A DNA stretch of 32,000 bases from Methylorubrum extorquens. GTDB taxonomy: Bacteria; Pseudomonadota; Alphaproteobacteria; Rhizobiales; Beijerinckiaceae. Position numbers and translations under genes: made by a program. Of this stretch, positions 18,196 through 26,154 are shown piece after piece (the stretch's first letter is position 1; each line of letters starts with the position of its first letter). The DNA lies in contig LT962688.1 in the NCBI GenBank assembly GCA_900234795.1, forward strand, positions 1,770,001 through 1,802,000, given 5' to 3'. The notes below the pieces were generated by a model. That model had not been told where the DNA came from and did not search any database. It worked only from the letters and a program-made list of their open reading frames with translations.

Positions 18196-18631
18196 TGATC
18201 GCCGAGGTGCTTTGGGGGGGAGCGGCTGGGAGGTCGGCGTCGCTGTGCGATCCACCCATGGCGGCAGGGAACCGGGCGAAGAGACGATCGTCGCAAAAAT
18301 TGTCGTTGCCGCCGCTTCGCGCATTCTTAGAAAGTCGGAAGGGATGGTGAAGGGGGGCTGAGGATGAATACGCGCCAACAACGCTCGCTTCGCGAGCCGC
18401 GCGCCCGTCACGAGGCCTGGATCAATCGGCGCTCTCCCGCAACAGCCAAGGCTATTTTGTCGGCGCGAGAAAAGTCGGCGCAGCGCAATACAGAAGCCCA
18501 CCTTCCGGCTTTGAACGACAACCAGACGAAAACGGTCGAGTGACCCTCCGCATCGTCGTCGGTGCTCCGCTCAGCTTGGACGCGACGGGTTGCCCGGTTC
18601 CGATGGGCTGACCCGCGCCCCGGCGCTCCCC

Positions 18632-19726
18632 TCAAATCTCGATCCGCCCGCCCCCCGGCGCCTCGCCCGCATCGAGCGCCACGCTCTTCACGATGGCGAA
18701 GACCGGGCTCCCGACCGTGAGACCCAGGTCGCGGGCGGAGGCGCGGGTGAGGCGGGCGGCGAGCGTCGCCCCGCCGCAGGTGACCTCGACGAGGCAGGCC
18801 GTCCCCTCCTCCCGAAGGGCGGCGACACGGCCCGGCAGGACGTTGCGGGCGCTCAACGCTTCGGGCCGGGCGAGCGCCAGCAGCACGTCGCGGGCGGGCA
18901 CCCGCAGGTTGAGGCGGCGGCCTTGCGGAGCGTCGATCAGCGGCAGGTCGAGCGGGCCGGCCGGGCCGGTCAGGCGTGTCAGGCCGGCCTCCGGATCGTG
19001 GCGCTCGACCCGCATGGCAAGCACGCTGCCGGCCTCCGCGCCGTAGGGGATCAGGTCGGGCCGGCGCAGCACGGCATCGACCGGGCCGCTCGCCGCCACG
19101 CGGCCGGCCTCCAGCACCACCACGGTCGAGGCGAGGCGCGCCACCTCCGCCACGGAATGGCTGACATAGACGATGGGCAGGCCGGCCTCGTCGCGCAGGC
19201 GCTCGATATAGGGCAGGATCTCGCGCTTGCGGGCCTCGTCGAGGGCCGAGAGCGGCTCGTCCATCAGCAGCAGCCGCGGGCGCGCCAGCAGCGCCCGGCC
19301 GATCGCCACCCGCTGCCGCTCGCCCCCCGACAGGCCGGCCGGGCGCCGGTCCAGCAGCGGGCCGATGCCGAGTAGGTCCGCCACCGCGTCGAGGCTCGGG
19401 CCCCTTGCCCCGCGGGAGAAGAGGCGGCCGAAGCGCAGGTTCTGCCGCACGCTGAGATGCGGCATCAGCCGCGCCTCCTGGAACACGCAGCCGATCCGCC
19501 GCCGATGCACCGGCACGCGGATGCCGCGGGCGGTGTCGAGCAGCACCGTGCCGTCGATGGCGATGCGCCCGCGCTGCGGCTGGGCCAGCCCAGCGATCAG
19601 GTCGATCACCGTGGTCTTGCCCGAGCCCGAGCGCCCGAACAGGGCGGTGAGGCCGGCGCCCGCGCTGAAGGCGACATCGAGCGCGAAGCCGTCGCGGCGG
19701 AGCGAAACGTCGATGGCAATGGTCAT
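18632..19726 (-). CDS. modC: Molybdate ABC transporter ATP-binding protein with C-terminal TOBE/Mop domain
   Basis: Starts MTIAIDVSLRRDGFALDV. It has Walker A GRSGSGKT, the signature LSGGERQRVAIGRAL and Walker B LLLMDEP. The C-terminal region NVLPGRVAAL...VEVTCGGATLAARLT...SPVFAIVKSVAL is TOBE-like. The track ORF extends to 20512, but that upstream part is Arg/Gly-rich noise. Confidence 0.9.
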   Translation of the reverse strand: MTIAIDVSLRRDGFALDVAFSAGAGLTALFGRSGSGKTTVIDLIAGLAQPQRGRIAIDGTVLLDTARGIRVPVHRRRIGCVFQEARLMPHLSVRQNLRFGRLFSRGARGPSLDAVADLLGIGPLLDRRPAGLSGGERQRVAIGRALLARPRLLLMDEPLSALDEARKREILPYIERLRDEAGLPIVYVSHSVAEVARLASTVVVLEAGRVAASGPVDAVLRRPDLIPYGAEAGSVLAMRVERHDPEAGLTRLTGPAGPLDLPLIDAPQGRRLNLRVPARDVLLALARPEALSARNVLPGRVAALREEGTACLVEVTCGGATLAARLTRASARDLGLTVGSPVFAIVKSVALDAGEAPGGGRIEI

Positions 19727-19912
19727 GGCGCGATGGTCATGGGGCCTCGGCTCGCACGATGCTCTCGCCTTTTGTTTTGCATCATCTTTTTCCGAAAGCC
19801 GGTGCCCACCTTTCGGGACGATGCTTGAGCTTCCCAGAAAAACCGATGCGGCGACAAGGGGCCCGATGCGCGCGCTGCCGCGTTGTCGGCGCAGGATCGA
19901 AAAAGGCAGGCG

Positions 19913-20689
19913 ATGATCACCGTCCACCATCTGGAGAACAGCCGCTCGCAGCGGGTGCTGTGGCTGCTCGAAGAGCTGGGGCTCGACTACACCGTGAAGC
20001 GCTATGAGCGCGACCCCGCGACGATGCAGGCGCCGCGCGAACTCCGCGCCGTGCATCCGCTCGGCAAGTCGCCGGTGATCGCGGCGGACGGGCATGTGGT
20101 GGCGGAGACCGGCGCCATCGTCGAATTCCTGACCGCCCGCGCCAATGGCGCCCTGGTGCCGCCGGCCGGCACGCCGGAGCGCGCGCGCTACACCTACTTC
20201 TTGCACTACGCGGAAGGCTCGGCGATGCCGCCGCTGCTGTTGAAGCTGATTTTTTCCCGGCTCGCGCCCGGCAGCCCGGCCCTGCTGCGCCCGCTGGTTC
20301 GGGCGATCGCGGGGAAGGTCACCGGCGGGTTCGTCGATCCGGAGCTGCGCCGCCATGCCGCCTACTGGGAAGCGGAGCTGGCCGAGCGCGCGTATTTCTG
20401 CGGCGCGGACTTCACCGCCGCCGACATCATGATGAGTTTTCCCCTCGAAGCCTTTGCCGCCCGCGGGACCGGGGCGGGCCCGCGTCTGACGGACTGGCTC
20501 GCCCGCATCCACGCGCGGCCGGCCTATCGGCGGGCGCTGGAGCGGGGGTGGGCCTTACGCCTACGCGTGAGGCGGGCGACCCATCCGCTCGACGGCGCGA
20601 AGACAAACCTCACGGGATCAGCCGACGACACGAGACGAGCACTCAGAGCGGGTGGCCCAGGCGAAATCGTATGGGAAACATCAAGCTGA
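19913..20689 (+). CDS. Glutathione S-transferase family protein (the 3' end may really be at 20570)
   Basis: The ATG at 19913 follows aaaaggcagg. The sequence MITVHHLENSRSQRVLWLLEELGLDYTVKRYERD...HPLGKSPVI is a GST N-terminal thioredoxin-like fold. The tail after the G5 run at 20544-20548 has poor codon usage and overlaps the convergent gene. Confidence 0.8.
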   Translation: MITVHHLENSRSQRVLWLLEELGLDYTVKRYERDPATMQAPRELRAVHPLGKSPVIAADGHVVAETGAIVEFLTARANGALVPPAGTPERARYTYFLHYAEGSAMPPLLLKLIFSRLAPGSPALLRPLVRAIAGKVTGGFVDPELRRHAAYWEAELAERAYFCGADFTAADIMMSFPLEAFAARGTGAGPRLTDWLARIHARPAYRRALERGWALRLRVRRATHPLDGAKTNLTGSADDTRRALRAGGPGEIVWETSS

Positions 20690-21023
20690 TAAAATTGGGC
20701 TTGTAACAGGCCGGCAGCGGTGGAAGCTGCAGGCCGGCCGGGAACATACTGAGTAACTTTGCGTCAAACTGGGGTGATCCCGAGGATTTCGCAATTTCTG
20801 ATGACATCACGACACCATCTTTTCTGATCGACAGCGAGACGATGTTGATCCTCTCAATGGAGGCGTTGCTCCGCACCGATCTGACGCGTGCGGAGATCAT
20901 CGGCTGAAGCTTGTCCTTGTATTCCCGAAACGCGTTGCGTCCGCCTTCGCCGCAACCGGATTGCGCCTTGGCTTGAAAGGCAATCGTGGCCAGAAGGCAG
21001 GCCGCCGCCAGCTTCAGCTTCAT
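20643..21023 (-). CDS. Small exported protein, TonB C-terminal-domain-like
   Basis: Has a signal peptide (MKLKLAAACLLATIAFQAKAQ). The segment ERINIVSLSIRKDGVVMSSEIAKSSGSPQFDAKLLSMF...LPPLP resembles the TonB_C pattern (V.v.f.i..dG.v....i..SSG...lD.aa). It lies in a lower-GC patch: 30 of 60 G+C in line 20761-20820. Confidence 0.5.
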   Translation of the reverse strand: MKLKLAAACLLATIAFQAKAQSGCGEGGRNAFREYKDKLQPMISARVRSVRSNASIERINIVSLSIRKDGVVMSSEIAKSSGSPQFDAKLLSMFPAGLQLPPLPACYKPNFISLMFPIRFRLGHPL

Positions 21024-21246
21024 CGTTGGGTGGCTTTCGTCTCGCCCTTCGCATCCCGATCGATTCGGGCCGGCAGGCCATGAGTGTTGTTGCGGATAAG
21101 CCCGGCCCTTGGCCAGGCGGCGACCCGGCTGCCCGTCCGGTTGTGCGAAGTCAATCTTCTACTTCGGCTTGTCTCTGGGACGAGGGCAGGACCGTTCGGC
21201 CTGGGCTGCGCGAGGGGGGTAGCCGTGTCGCAGCGGGTGCCGAGCC

Positions 21247-21973
21247 CTACCGCCCCGCCCCGATCCGCCGGCTCATCCGCCGCGCCAGCCCCTCGGAGGC
21301 GACGAGCGCCAGCATCGAGACCGCGACCGAGATCAGGGTGAGGCGCAAAGCCCCCGCCTCCCCGCCCGGCACCTGGGTCAGTGTGTAGATCGCCGAGGGC
21401 AGGGTCTGGGTCTCGCCGGGGATGTTGGAGACGAAGGTGATGGTCGCGCCGAACTCGCCCATCGCCTTGGCGAAGGCGAGCACCGCGCCCGCGAGGATGC
21501 CGGGCAGGCTGAGCGGCAGGGTCACGCTCAGGAACACCAGCGGCGGCGCGGCGCCGAGCGTCGCCGCCGCCTGTTCCAACTTGCGGTCCACCGCTTCGAT
21601 CGACAGGCGCATCGCCCGCACCATCAGCGGCAGGCCCATCACCGCGCAGGCGAGCGCCGCACCGGTCCAACGGAACGAGAACACGATGCCGATCTCGGCG
21701 AGCCACGCGCCGAACACGCCGCGCCGGCCGAAGGCGAGCAGCAGCAGATAACCCGTCACCACCGGCGGCAGGATCAGCGGCAGGTGGACGAGCCCGTCGA
21801 GCAGGGCATGGCCGGGGGAAGCGCCGCCGCGCCAGCAGCCACGCCAGCAACAGGCCCAGCGGTAGGCTCGCCAGCGTCGCGACAAGGGCGACGCGCAGGG
21901 AGAGGAGGAGCGCCGTCGTCTCGTCGGGGCTGAGGCCAAGCCACGCCGAGGGCCAATCCGCCAGCCCGCTCAC
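21247..21973 (-). pseudogene. modB: Molybdate ABC transporter permease ModB, disrupted by a single-base insertion in a C5 run (plus-strand G5 at 21814-21818)
   Basis: One frame (track ORF 21020-21973) gives the N-terminus MSGLADWPSAWLGLSPDETTALLLSLRVALVATLASLPLGLLLAWLLARRRFP. Another frame (track ORF 21247-21939) gives the rest: GHALLDGLVHLPLILPPVVTGYLLL...EAVDRKLEQAAATLGA...GEFGATITFVSNIPGETQTLPSAIYT. Removing one C restores ...RRRFPGHALLDGLVHLP..., colinear with E. coli ModB (FPGKALLDSVLHLPLVLPPVV, recalled from memory). Confidence 0.85.
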
Positions 21974-22058
21974 GGCGCCGATCCCCGCGCGGCGGAGAAG
22001 CCGGGCGCGGTCATCCGCCGAGGCTCGCCCTCACGACCCTGTCCTCAAAGACTTGTCC

Positions 22059-22307
22059 TCAAAGACCTGCGGCGGCCTTGAGGGCGGCGTTGATGCGGTC
22101 CTGCCAGCCAGGGCCGTCCTTCTGGTAGTGCTCCAGCACGGCCCGGTCGATGCGCAGGGACACCGTCTCGCGCGTGCCGGGAATCAGCGGCGCCCTGGGC
22201 GGTGCCGGCGCGGCCTCATCGGGGGCTTTGCGCGTCGTCACCGCGCGGAAGGCGGCTTCGGCGGCTTGGCGCGGGTCGCTCGGGCGGCGGGTACGGTCGA
22301 TGGCCAT
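22059..22307 (-). CDS. BrnA-antitoxin-family (DUF4415-like) small protein
   Basis: An 82-aa protein whose C-terminus, ETVSLRIDRAVLEHYQKDGPGWQDRINAALKAA, matches the BrnA/DUF4415 signature (v.lRlD.dVl.wfK..G.GyQtRIN.aLR). Confidence 0.6.
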   Translation of the reverse strand: MAIDRTRRPSDPRQAAEAAFRAVTTRKAPDEAAPAPPRAPLIPGTRETVSLRIDRAVLEHYQKDGPGWQDRINAALKAAAGL

Positions 22308-22312
22308 GGGGG

Positions 22313-22546
22313 TCAGGCCGTCGCTTTCTTGCGGCCGCGCTTGGGCGCGGGCGGGTTGGCGGCGCGCTCCGCAGCCTCCTCCGCCTCCTTGGCGAGCCGC
22401 AGGGCCCGCAGGCGCACGGTGCGCTCGTCCACTGCTTTGACCGCGGCCAGATGCTCAGCCATGGCCTGCTGCCCTTCGCGGGCCATACGCTCGGCCCGTT
22501 CCGCGCGCTCGGCGGCGCGGGTCTTGGCGTCGATATCGTCGCTCAT
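22313..22546 (-). CDS. Small, highly charged helical protein of unknown function, co-oriented 5 nt upstream of the BrnA-like gene
   Basis: A 77-aa ORF: MSDDIDAKTRAAERAERAERMAREGQQAMAEHLAAVKAVDERTVRLRALRLAKEAEEAAERAANPPAPKRGRKKATA. It has high GC3 and a basic tail, with no recognisable enzymatic motif. Confidence 0.5.
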   Translation of the reverse strand: MSDDIDAKTRAAERAERAERMAREGQQAMAEHLAAVKAVDERTVRLRALRLAKEAEEAAERAANPPAPKRGRKKATA

Positions 22547-22787
22547 AAAAGATCTTTCGACGAGAACTCGCGCCGCGTGAAGTCCCGGCGGCGGCGCGCG
22601 GCGTCCCGACGCGGGAAAGGTCGGGCGCGGGACGGCAAAGAACCCCGAGCAGGACCATCGAGGATTTCTGCTCGAGACTTAGCACGAAAGCACACGCAAT
22701 GACCAATTCAGCCAGGGCAGGGCTGGTTTTCCCCCGCTCATCGCAACGTTTGTGAGAAACAGGCCGGCCGGCTCGATCCGGCTCCGA

Positions 22788-23006
22788 TCAATCCCGATCC
22801 GCGCGCCGCAGGGACCAGTGCAGGACGCCCTGCGCATCGACGAGCCACAGGGCGTTCGCCCGCTCGTCCTTGGTCGAGAGATCGTGCGCGTTGGCGAGCC
22901 GGACCGCTTCGCTCGGGCTGGCCGCCGTGATCGTCTCCTCGAACAGCAGCGGTCCGATCTGGCCGTCGGGGGCCCGGCAGGCGCCTCTGAGAACGAAAAC
23001 CGGCAT
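22788..23006 (-). CDS. Hypothetical 72-aa protein
   Basis: An internal ATG of track ORF 22788-23054, preceded by AGGAGGATGC (strong SD). The sequence starts MPVFVLRGACRAPDGQIGPLLFEETITAASPSEAVRLANAH... Third-position GC is high. I recognise no family. Confidence 0.4.
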   Translation of the reverse strand: MPVFVLRGACRAPDGQIGPLLFEETITAASPSEAVRLANAHDLSTKDERANALWLVDAQGVLHWSLRRADRD

Positions 23007-23066
23007 GCATCCTCCTGATCCACGCGGTTTATCCCCGAACGGGCGGCCGGTCACCCGTGCCGGCCC

Positions 23067-23585
23067 TCAGGGGATGGCCGGTTCGGCGCTCTGCGGCGCG
23101 CGCAGCCGGGCGAGAGCCACCGTGGCTTGGTGGGCCAGCGCTTCGAGGCGGGACACCGTCGTCGTGTCGAGCCAGACCATGGCGCACCAATAGGCGCCGA
23201 GTGCGGCCACCGGCTCGGGCGCACCGATCGGGACCATCACGAGGCTTCGGATCGCCTTGTAGGCATAGGCGGCGGCCGGGATGCGGGGGTCGCTGCCGAC
23301 ATCTAGTATAACGGCCGTCTCCCGGTTCTGCATCGCCCAGCCGGAAACGCAGATGTCGAGCGGGAAGCGGCACCCCTTCCACAGGGGCTCGATCGCATCC
23401 TCGGCGACATAGGCGCAGACGTCCTCCTCCCGCAGCACGACGGCGATACCGTCGGAGCCGGCGATCCGACGGGCCGTCTGCGCCAGGACGTCGACGACGT
23501 CCTCCAGGGACTGAGCCGCGGCCATGAGCTCGGCGGTCCGCATCAGATGCGGGTTGGCCTGGGAGCGCTCATCTAACATCGGCAT
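23067..23585 (-). CDS. GAF domain protein
   Basis: An internal start (MPMLDERSQANPHLM...) of track ORF 23067-23831. The sequence SLEDVVDVLAQTARRIAGSDGIAVVLREEDVCAYVAEDAI...FPLDICVSGWAMQNRETAVILDV..DPRIP...IRSLVMVPIG has stand-alone GAF layout. Confidence 0.6.
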   Translation of the reverse strand: MPMLDERSQANPHLMRTAELMAAAQSLEDVVDVLAQTARRIAGSDGIAVVLREEDVCAYVAEDAIEPLWKGCRFPLDICVSGWAMQNRETAVILDVGSDPRIPAAAYAYKAIRSLVMVPIGAPEPVAALGAYWCAMVWLDTTTVSRLEALAHQATVALARLRAPQSAEPAIP

Positions 23586-23952
23586 AAGGTAGGGCGCTTG
23601 GGCCGATTCGTACAGGCGGCCCGTCCGTGGAGCGACCCGCGGGAGGCAAAACCGGTCGCCAAAGCGATGGTTGTGGCCACCCCCGCGCCGAAAAATCCGC
23701 CGTTCAACACCAGGATTCGCGAGAAGATCCGCGAGCGGATCGCGCTGGCCGGCATTCCGGATCTGAGCGGTCGGATGAAGCGTGCGGATCGCTAAGATTT
23801 GCTTCGAGGCGGGCTCTTCGCTGTTATTCAAGGCCCGGCTGTGAATGCTTTTTGCAATAGAGCCGGTCGGCCGGGTGATCTAAGATCGTCTCCGCACATC
23901 TGGCGGATCGTTCGGCTGCAGGCGGCCTGGTCCGATGTCGTGCGGAGGGCGC

Positions 23953-24480
23953 ATGCCGAACCTGTTGGGCGGCTGTCTGTGTGGGGCTTTGCGTTACGAG
24001 GTCCGCTCGCCGCCGCTGCGGGTCACGCTCTGCCATTGCCGCTTCTGCCAGCGCACGACCGGATCGAGCCACCTCGTCGAGCCCTTGTTCGACCGCGCCG
24101 ACCTGCACGTTACCGCGGGCGTGCCGACCGTGTATCGCCACCGGTCCGAGGGCAGTGGCCGGCATCTCGACCTGCATTTCTGCCCCGTCTGCGGGACGAC
24201 GCTCTTCATGACGTTCGAGCGCTTTCCCGGCCTGTGCGGTGTCTATGCCGGAACCCTGGACGATCCGGCCGCGATCGAGGTGCGGCCCGACAACGCCAAG
24301 CAGGTCTTCGTCGCCTCGGCCCGGCCCGAGGCGGTGCTGCTGCCGGGCCTCGCGACTTTCGCCGGGCCGGCCATGGACGCGGCGGGTGTCCCGCACGCGC
24401 CGCGGGTGCACGACGCGCCCCAGATCGTCGGCCGCCGGGGCTGTGAACCGCTCCCCGGCGACGATGCGCAGCCCCACTGA
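23953..24480 (+). CDS. GFA/CENP-V family (glutathione-dependent formaldehyde-activating enzyme-like) zinc protein
   Basis: A GGAGGG SD precedes the ATG at 23953. The sequence is MPNLLGGCLCGALRYEV...LCHCRFCQRTTGS...FCPVCGTTLF, the characteristic Cys pattern of the family. Confidence 0.75.
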   Translation: MPNLLGGCLCGALRYEVRSPPLRVTLCHCRFCQRTTGSSHLVEPLFDRADLHVTAGVPTVYRHRSEGSGRHLDLHFCPVCGTTLFMTFERFPGLCGVYAGTLDDPAAIEVRPDNAKQVFVASARPEAVLLPGLATFAGPAMDAAGVPHAPRVHDAPQIVGRRGCEPLPGDDAQPH

Positions 24481-24498
24481 GACGGGCCGGCGCCCGCC

Positions 24499-25335
24499 TC
24501 AGCCGCGGATGAAGGCGAGGATGTCGGCGTTGAGTTGGTCCGCGTTGACCGTGAGCATGCCGTGCGGAAGGCCCGGATAGGTCTTCAGCGTGCCGTTGCG
24601 CAGGAGCGTGATCGATTTACGCGCCGCCGCGACGATCGGCACGATCTGGTCGTCCTCGCCGTGGAGCACCAGCGTCGGCACCGAGATCGCCCGCAGATCC
24701 TCGGTCTGGTCGGTTTCCGAGAACGCCTTGATGCCCTCGTAATGCGCCTTGGCCGAGCCCATCATGCCCTGCCGCCACCAGTTCCGGATCACGCCGTCTC
24801 GAACCGCCGCACCGTCGCGGTTGAAGCCGTAGAACGGGCCGGCGGCGACATCGAGGAAGAACTGGGCGCGGTTGTCGGCCAGCGCCTTGCGGAACCCGTC
24901 GAAGACCTCGATCGGCAGGCCCTCCGGGTTGGCCTCGGTCTTCAGCATCAGCGGCGGCACGGCGCTCACCAGCACCGCCTTGGCCACGCGGCCCTGCGGC
25001 TCGCCGTGCCGGGCGACGTAGCGCGCGGCCTCGCCGCCGCCGGTGGAATGGCCGATATGGACGGCGTTCCTGAGATCGAGATGCTGGGCGACCGCCGCGG
25101 CGTCGGCGGCGTAATGGTCCATGTCGTGGCCCTCGGAGACCTGCGCCGAGCGGCCATGGCCGCGCCGGTCATGCGCCACGACGCGAAAGCCTTGGTGCGC
25201 AAAGAACAGCATCTGCGCGTCCCAGTCGTCGGACGAGAGCGGCCAGCCGTGATGGAACATGATCGGCTGCGCGTCTTTCGGGCCCCAATCCTTGTAGAAG
25301 ATTTCGGTGCCGTCCCCGGTGGTGATCGTCGCCAT
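24499..25335 (-). CDS. Alpha/beta hydrolase of the non-haem chloroperoxidase / arylesterase (perhydrolase) type
   Basis: A 278-aa ORF: [45 protein letters not shown]...HDRRGHGRS...IGHSTGGGE...[12 protein letters not shown]... Confidence 0.85.
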   Translation of the reverse strand: MATITTGDGTEIFYKDWGPKDAQPIMFHHGWPLSSDDWDAQMLFFAHQGFRVVAHDRRGHGRSAQVSEGHDMDHYAADAAAVAQHLDLRNAVHIGHSTGGGEAARYVARHGEPQGRVAKAVLVSAVPPLMLKTEANPEGLPIEVFDGFRKALADNRAQFFLDVAAGPFYGFNRDGAAVRDGVIRNWWRQGMMGSAKAHYEGIKAFSETDQTEDLRAISVPTLVLHGEDDQIVPIVAAARKSITLLRNGTLKTYPGLPHGMLTVNADQLNADILAFIRG

Positions 25336-25522
25336 GCTCGCCTCTCCTTACGGTGCGGTGGTCCGGAGCGGCCTTCGGCTCCGGGTGTGGCTTGACGGTA
25401 AGAGGATGGTCCCGGGGCGCGGTTTTGAAAATGGGAAACGACGGAAACCCATCGTTTCCGGAGGTGGTTTTTTGCGCGGGATCGCGATGTCCGCCGGTCG
25501 AGCCCGTGAGATCGGGACCAAC

Positions 25523-25552
25523 GAAAAAGCCCCGGCCCAGAGGGGCCGAGGC
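25523..25552 (-). terminator. Rho-independent terminator downstream of the fasciclin gene
   Basis: On the minus strand there is a GC-rich imperfect hairpin (plus strand gccccggccc agag gggccgaggc, 25529-25552). It is followed by UUUUUC (plus strand gaaaaa, 25523-25528). It lies 30 nt after the fasciclin stop. Confidence 0.5.
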
Positions 25553-25581
25553 TTCGCGCGTCAACGGATCTCAGCGGAGGA

Positions 25582-26154
25582 TCAGGGCTGAAGCACGCCG
25601 TTGATGACGTGGATCACGCCGTTCGACTGCATCACGTTGGCGATGGTGACGGTGGCGGTGTTGCCCTTGGCGTCCGTCACGAACACCTTCTTGCCCCGGG
25701 CCTGCACCGTGAGCGGCTCGCCCTGGGCGGTCTTCAGGCTGGCTTCCCCGCCGCCCCGCTTGGCCAGAGCCATCAGATCCTTGGCCGTGTAGGTGCCCGG
25801 CACGACGTGGTAGGTCAGGATCCCCGTGAGCGTCGCCTTGTTCTGCGGCTGCACCAGGGTGTCGACCGTGCCCGGCGGCAGCTTGGCGAAGGCGGCGTCG
25901 GTCGGCGCGAAGACAGTGAAGGGGCCGGGGCCGGAGAGCGTGTCGACGAGGCCCGCCGCCTTCACCGCCGCCACCAGCGTGGTGTGGTCCTTCGAGTTCA
26001 CCGCGTTCTCGACGATGGTCTTCGAGGCGTACATCGGCGCGCCGCCGACCATCGGGTTCTTGGCGAGCGCCGCCGTCGGCGCGGCGGCGAGGCTGAGGGC
26101 GAGCGCAGCGCCCAGGGTCAGCGATTTGGTAACCGAACTGCGGATACGGAACAT
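25582..26154 (-). CDS. Secreted fasciclin (FAS1) domain protein
   Basis: The ATG at 26154 is preceded by GGAGGA. It has a signal peptide (MFRIRSSVTKSLTLGAALALSLAAAPTAALA), then TIVENAVNSKDHTTLVAAVKAAGLVDTLSGPGPFTVFAPTDAAFAKLP...HVVPG...VIHVINGVL, the FAS1 H1/H2/YH pattern. The track ORF extends to 27123, which I consider spurious. Confidence 0.85.
   Translation of the reverse strand: MFRIRSSVTKSLTLGAALALSLAAAPTAALAKNPMVGGAPMYASKTIVENAVNSKDHTTLVAAVKAAGLVDTLSGPGPFTVFAPTDAAFAKLPPGTVDTLVQPQNKATLTGILTYHVVPGTYTAKDLMALAKRGGGEASLKTAQGEPLTVQARGKKVFVTDAKGNTATVTIANVMQSNGVIHVINGVLQP

Noticed and set aside
18364-18543. A 59-codon plus-strand ORF (MNTRQQRSLREPRARHEAWINRRSPATAKAILSAREKSAQRNTEAHLPALNDNQTKTVE) in the gap between the pdxA relic and modC.
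   Set aside because: It has no properly spaced SD, only moderate third-position GC, and no recognisable family. It is not reported as a feature, though it could be a real small protein or a gene fragment.
19727-20512. An N-terminal 262-aa extension of the modC ORF (track ORF 18632-20512).
   Set aside because: The extension is antisense to the GST gene and Arg/Gly-rich. ModC homology starts at MTIAIDVSL (19726).
23598-23795. A 65-aa plus-strand ORF between the GAF and GFA genes; its tail RIREKIRERIALAGIPDLSG is faintly HTH-like.
   Set aside because: It is too short and truncated-looking, with no clear start or RBS. The similarity is only impressionistic.
25434-25476. A hairpin (ggaaacga ... 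tcgtttcc) followed 10 nt later by a T6 run on the plus strand, between the chloroperoxidase and fasciclin genes.
   Set aside because: Both neighbouring genes are on the minus strand, so a plus-strand terminator has nothing to terminate. On the minus strand the T-run precedes the stem. It was noted but given no function.
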